Below, piece after piece: positions 60,024 through 64,000 of a stretch of 64,000 nucleotides of DNA. Source of the DNA: an uncultured Candidatus Rokubacteria bacterium (GTDB taxonomy: Bacteria > Methylomirabilota > Methylomirabilia > Rokubacteriales > CSP1-6); the NCBI GenBank assembly GCA_963771355.1, contig CAVYTA010000006.1, positions 1,952,001 through 2,016,000 of the forward strand. Reading direction: 5' to 3'. The translations under genes and the position numbers were made by a program. Under the pieces are notes generated by a model that was given only the letters and a program-made list of their open reading frames with translations, ran no database searches and was not told the origin of the DNA. Position 1 is the first letter of the stretch; the number at the start of each line of letters is the position of its first letter.

Positions 60024-60981
60024 CCTTCCCCGCCGCCTCGCCTGGCTCACCGTCGGCGCCCTGGCCCTGGTGATGACGCTGGGCAATATCGTGAGCGCCA
60101 CCAGCTCCGGGCTCGGCTGTCCGGACTGGCCGCTCTGCCATGGCCGCGTCATTCCGCCGGGCGGCGCAGAGATCTGGATCGAGTTCCGCCACCGCCTCGC
60201 GGTGCCACTCTTCTCGGCGCTGCTGGTGGCCACCGCCGTCGTCACCTGGCGGCGTGCCGCCACGCCCGCGCTGAAGCGTCTCGCCGCCGCGCTCGTCGGC
60301 CTGCTCGTGGTGCAGATCGTCCTGGGGGGCGTCACCGTGCTGCTGGGGCTGTCCCCGGTGGTGAGCACGGTGCATCTTCTCGTCGCGCTGTCCGTGCTGG
60401 CCGGGCTCATGACCCTCTGCGCGACGCCCGACCCGCCCGGACCCGCTTGGCGAGGTGCAGCCGAAGGCGAGCCGAGCAATTTTGCCGAGCCGCAGCTCGC
60501 CCGCTTCGCGACAGCCGGGCTCGCGGTACTGCTCATCCAGCTGGCGCTGGGCGGGTATGTTCGGCACTCGGGCGCGGGCCTCGCCTGTCCCGACTTCCCG
60601 CTCTGCAGCGGAGACGTGTTCCCCGGACACTGGCTGGGCTGGGTGCACTGGCTGCACCGCTGGCTCGGCGTGGTCCTCCTCGGCTTCTTCCTCCACCTCG
60701 CCCGGGTGAGCCGGCGCACCGCGCTGGCGGGTGTCGGCGCCGCGGTGGCCGGCCTCGCGGTGGCCCAGGTGACGCTGGGCATCCTGGCCGTGCTGCTGCG
60801 CCTGCCCATCACCGTGCGCGCCAGCCACGCGGTCGTGGGCTATGCGCTCTGGGCGCTCCTCGTCTGGATCGCGGTGCGCGCGGGCGCCTGGGGCGCGAGC
60901 CTCGGCCCGACTATGGAAATCCGCTCGGCTCGCCTTCGGCTGCGCCTCGCCAAGCCACGGCTGCGCACCGGCGCTCGATAG
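60013..60981 (+). CDS. ctaA: Haem A synthase (COX15/CtaA), two internally repeated halves
   Basis: SGLGCPDWPLCHG, EFRHR, AGLACPDFPLCSG, HWLHR; GTG 60013. Confidence 0.88.
   Translation: MAASLPRRLAWLTVGALALVMTLGNIVSATSSGLGCPDWPLCHGRVIPPGGAEIWIEFRHRLAVPLFSALLVATAVVTWRRAATPALKRLAAALVGLLVVQIVLGGVTVLLGLSPVVSTVHLLVALSVLAGLMTLCATPDPPGPAWRGAAEGEPSNFAEPQLARFATAGLAVLLIQLALGGYVRHSGAGLACPDFPLCSGDVFPGHWLGWVHWLHRWLGVVLLGFFLHLARVSRRTALAGVGAAVAGLAVAQVTLGILAVLLRLPITVRASHAVVGYALWALLVWIAVRAGAWGASLGPTMEIRSARLRLRLAKPRLRTGAR
60445..60477 (+). repeat. 33-bp intragenic repeat element, copy 1
   Basis: gcttggcgaggtgcagccgaaggcgagccgagc; reverse complement matches 60923-60955 at 32/33. Confidence 0.9.
60923..60955 (-). 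repeat. 33-bp intragenic repeat element, copy 2 (inverted)
   Basis: gctcggctcgccttcggctgcgcctcgccaagc. Confidence 0.9.
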
Positions 60982-60991
60982 GACCGAAATA

Positions 60992-61942
60992 ATGGCCACC
61001 GCCGCTCCCGGACCCGCGACGCCGTCGTCTGCGCAGGGCGCCGCGCTGACCGGCGTGCGCAGCCGTGCCGGCGCCTATGCCGAGCTCTCGAAGTTCGGGA
61101 TCGTGCTCCTGGTGCTCGTCTCCGCGGGGGCCGGCTTCATGCTGGCGGCGCCGCTGGGCCCGGAGTTCCCCTGGGCGGCGGGCCTGATCGTGCTGCTGGG
61201 GGTGATGCTCCTGTCCTCGGGCGCCTCCGCGCTGAACCAGGTCCAGGAGCGCCGGCGCGACGCGCTCATGACGCGGACGGCGGGCCGTCCGCTTCCGTCC
61301 GGCCGCCTCTCGTTCGGTCAGGGCCTCCTCTTCGCGATCCTGGCCCTGGGCGCGGGCGCGCTGATCCTCTGGCTCGGCATCGGCCGCACCGCCGGCATCC
61401 TCGGCATCGTGGCCGCCGCCTTCTACAACGGGCTCTACACGCCCTGGCTCAAGCCCACCTCGCCCTTCGCGGCGGTGCCGGGAGCCCTGCCCGGCTCATT
61501 GCCGCCGGTGATCGGCTGGGTCGCGGGAGGCGGCAGCCCGCTGGACTCGGGGGCCTTCATCCTGTTCGGGATACTGTTCTTGTGGCAGATGCCGCACTTC
61601 TGGGCCCTGGCCCTCCGGTACAAGGAGGACTACGCCGCGGGGGGCTTCCCCATGGTGGCGGAGGCGGTGGGCGTGGAGGGCACCGCCCGGCTCATCCTCG
61701 TCTACGCCTTCGGCCTCACCGCGCTGTCGCTCGCCGCGCCCACGTTCGGGCTGGGCGGCCCGGCGTCCCTGGCCGCGGCCGCGCTGCTGGGCTGGCGCCT
61801 CATCTGGCTCGCCACCAAGTTCGCGCGCCACCCCGAGGACCGACGCGGTTGGCTGTCGCTCTTTCTCTTCTCGAACCTCTATCTCCTCATTCTCTTCCTC
61901 GTGCTGGTCGGAGAGCGCCTCGCGCGATTCGCCCTCGGCTAG
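60992..61942 (+). CDS. ctaB: Protohaem IX farnesyltransferase (haem O synthase)
   Basis: ALNQVQERRRDALMTRTAGRPLPSG, YTPWLK, LWQMPHFWALA..YKEDY. Confidence 0.93.
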   Translation: MATAAPGPATPSSAQGAALTGVRSRAGAYAELSKFGIVLLVLVSAGAGFMLAAPLGPEFPWAAGLIVLLGVMLLSSGASALNQVQERRRDALMTRTAGRPLPSGRLSFGQGLLFAILALGAGALILWLGIGRTAGILGIVAAAFYNGLYTPWLKPTSPFAAVPGALPGSLPPVIGWVAGGGSPLDSGAFILFGILFLWQMPHFWALALRYKEDYAAGGFPMVAEAVGVEGTARLILVYAFGLTALSLAAPTFGLGGPASLAAAALLGWRLIWLATKFARHPEDRRGWLSLFLFSNLYLLILFLVLVGERLARFALG

Positions 61943-61985
61943 AGCGCGCGTTCTTTGCTATTCTGACCCAGGGGCGAAACACGAT

Positions 61986-63296
61986 ATGAACATCTGCGTG
62001 GTGGGCACGGGCTACGTCGGGCTGGTGACGGGGGCGGTGTTCGCCGACCTCGGCAACGACGTGGTCTGCGTCGACAAGGTGCGCGCGAAGATCGACTCTC
62101 TCAAGGCGGGGCGGATGCCCATCTACGAGCCCGGCCTCGAGGAGATGGTCGCGCGCAATGTCGATGACGGCCGGCTCACCTTCACGATCGATCTGGCGGC
62201 GGGCGTCCGCCAGTCGGACGTCATCTTCATTGCCGTGGGGACGCCGGCGCGCGCGACCGGCGAGACCGACCTCTCCCACGTGGAGGCGGTGGCGGCCGAG
62301 ATCGGCCGGACCATGGACCGCTACAAGGTGGTGGTCAACAAGTCCACCGTCCCGGTGGGCACCGGCGAGCTGGTGCGCGAGGTGGTGGCGCGGCATCAGC
62401 GGGCGCCCATCGAGTTCGACGTGGTCTCCAACCCCGAGTTCCTCCGCGAAGGCTCCGCCATCGAGGACACCCTCCGGCCCGACCGCATCGTGATCGGCGC
62501 CCCGAACCAGCACGCGGCCATGCGCCTGGTGGAGCTGTACGCGCCGCTGGAGCGGCCCATGATCATCACCGACCTGCCCTCGGCCGAGGTGATCAAGTAC
62601 GCGTCCAACTCCTTCCTCGCCGCCAAGATCTCGTTCATCAACGCTATCGCCAACGTGTGCGAGGCGGCGGGCGCCGACGTGACCCAGGTCATGAAGGGCA
62701 TGGGCCTCGACAACCGGATCGGGGCCGCCTTCCTGCAGGCCGGGCTCGGTTACGGGGGCTCCTGCTTTCCCAAGGACGTCGATTCCCTCATCCACACCGC
62801 GGGGCGGCTCGGCTACGACTTCCGGCTGCTCAAGTCGGTGGCGGACATCAATCGCGAGCGCGCGGCGCGCCTGGTGGAGACGATCCGCAAGGTGCTGAGC
62901 CCGCTGGACGACAAGACGGTGGCGGTGCTCGGGCTGTCGTTCAAGCCCAACACCGACGACATGCGCGAGGCCAAGAGCGTGGAGGTGATCGAGCAGCTCC
63001 ACGCCGCCGGCGCCACCATCCGGGCCTATGATCCCGTGGCCACCGGCAACGCCCGCGACCTGCTGCCCCCCGGCGTGACCTACAGCGCCTCCCCCTACGA
63101 GGCGGCCCAGGATGCGGATGCGGTGGTGCTGGTCACCGAGTGGAACGAGTTCAAGTTCATCAACCTCGAGCGATTGCGCCGCGTGCTCCGCCGGCGGGTC
63201 ATCTTCGACGGCCGCAACATCTGGGAGCCCGACCGCATGCGACGCCTCGGCTTCGAGTACTACTCGATCGGGCGCAAGCCCGTGATCCCGGCCTGA
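61986..63296 (+). CDS. ugd: UDP-glucose 6-dehydrogenase
   Basis: [46 protein letters not shown]. Confidence 0.95.
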   Translation: MNICVVGTGYVGLVTGAVFADLGNDVVCVDKVRAKIDSLKAGRMPIYEPGLEEMVARNVDDGRLTFTIDLAAGVRQSDVIFIAVGTPARATGETDLSHVEAVAAEIGRTMDRYKVVVNKSTVPVGTGELVREVVARHQRAPIEFDVVSNPEFLREGSAIEDTLRPDRIVIGAPNQHAAMRLVELYAPLERPMIITDLPSAEVIKYASNSFLAAKISFINAIANVCEAAGADVTQVMKGMGLDNRIGAAFLQAGLGYGGSCFPKDVDSLIHTAGRLGYDFRLLKSVADINRERAARLVETIRKVLSPLDDKTVAVLGLSFKPNTDDMREAKSVEVIEQLHAAGATIRAYDPVATGNARDLLPPGVTYSASPYEAAQDADAVVLVTEWNEFKFINLERLRRVLRRRVIFDGRNIWEPDRMRRLGFEYYSIGRKPVIPA

Positions 63297-63300
63297 ACGC

Positions 63301-64000
63301 GTGCGCGTGCTCGTGACGGGCGGGGCCGGCTTCATCGGCTCGCACCTCTGCGACCTCCTCCTCGGCAAGGGCTGCGAGGTGGTGTGCATGGACAATCTCC
63401 TCACCGGCAGTGCCGACAATATCGCCCACATCCACGACCCGCGCTTTCTCTTCGTCAAGCACGACGTCACCAACTACATCGTGGCGGACGGTCCCATCGA
63501 CTACGTGCTCCACTTCGCGAGCCCCGCCTCTCCCATCGACTACCTCGAGCTGCCCATCCAGACCCTCAAGGTGGGCGCGCTGGGCACGCACAAGGCGCTG
63601 GGGGTGGCCAAGGCGCGCGGGGCCAAGTTCCTCCTCGCCTCCACTTCCGAGGTGTACGGCGACCCTCTCGTCCACCCGCAGCAGGAGGAGTACTGGGGCA
63701 ACGTCAACCCGGTGGGCCCGCGCGGCGTGTATGACGAGGCCAAGCGCTTCGCGGAGGCCATGACCATGGCCTATCACCGCTTCCACGGGGTGGACACGCG
63801 CATCGTGCGCATCTTCAACAGCATCCCGGGAAACGAAACCGTGGTTGTCTTCGACAACGACCGGATGTACGTGGGCCCCATCGAGGACTGGGTGGACACG
63901 ATCGAGACCGAAGGTATCGAGGGGCGGAAGATCCTCGTCCCCGCCTTCGATCCCGTGACGTGCCGCATGGCCCTCAAGCCGGTGAGCGCCGTGATCAAGC
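63301..64000 (+). CDS. UDP-glucuronate decarboxylase (UXS-like extended SDR), interrupted by a putative intein, 3'-truncated by window
   Basis: [45 protein letters not shown]; open to the window end, absent from ORF track. Confidence 0.92.
   Translation, partial: MRVLVTGGAGFIGSHLCDLLLGKGCEVVCMDNLLTGSADNIAHIHDPRFLFVKHDVTNYIVADGPIDYVLHFASPASPIDYLELPIQTLKVGALGTHKALGVAKARGAKFLLASTSEVYGDPLVHPQQEEYWGNVNPVGPRGVYDEAKRFAEAMTMAYHRFHGVDTRIVRIFNSIPGNETVVVFDNDRMYVGPIEDWVDTIETEGIEGRKILVPAFDPVTCRMALKPVSAVIK
63820..64000 (+). mobile_element. Putative intein, N-terminal splicing region (block A)
   Basis: After RIFN the expected TYGPRM is replaced in frame by [10 protein letters not shown]...IEDWVD...[23 protein letters not shown]. 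Confidence 0.78.

Overview
High-GC, gene-dense bacterial chromosomal window of about 65 genes. Gene content and style suggest a soil-type lineage such as Ca. Rokubacteria/Methylomirabilota (inference only). It contains: flavin/aldo-keto/VOC/RutE redox genes; a frameshifted CoxL-like molybdoenzyme; two branched-chain-type (Liv) ABC operons; a lone squalene/phytoene synthase; a proteostasis run (PAC2, FtsH, DegQ, PaaI, DnaJ-like, ClpB); a two-GGT + PuuD-like gamma-glutamyl locus; glpQ; an IorAB + dihaem cytochrome c module; an aromatic-catabolism operon (ACAD pair, sensorless hybrid kinase, Nudix, benzoate-CoA-ligase family, RidA, class III extradiol dioxygenase); a complete caa3-type oxidase operon; and ugd plus a UDP-glucuronate decarboxylase. 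No rRNA, tRNA, CRISPR or transposase was seen. Most notable signals: (1) an apparent Ser-initiated intein interrupting the UDP-glucuronate decarboxylase at RIFN|TYGP, cut by the window edge; (2) a 33-bp element present twice, inverted, inside the ctaA coding sequence and bracketing its second half; (3) a stand-alone CoxII-TM-like mini protein ahead of coxB; (4) two collapsed gene remnants (2-hydroxyacid dehydrogenase, glutamate dehydrogenase); (5) a 52-aa zinc-ribbon gene absent from the ORF track, with repeat-rich upstream DNA; (6) recurrent leaderless-mRNA promoter geometry. All calls come from motif recognition by eye; no database search was run.
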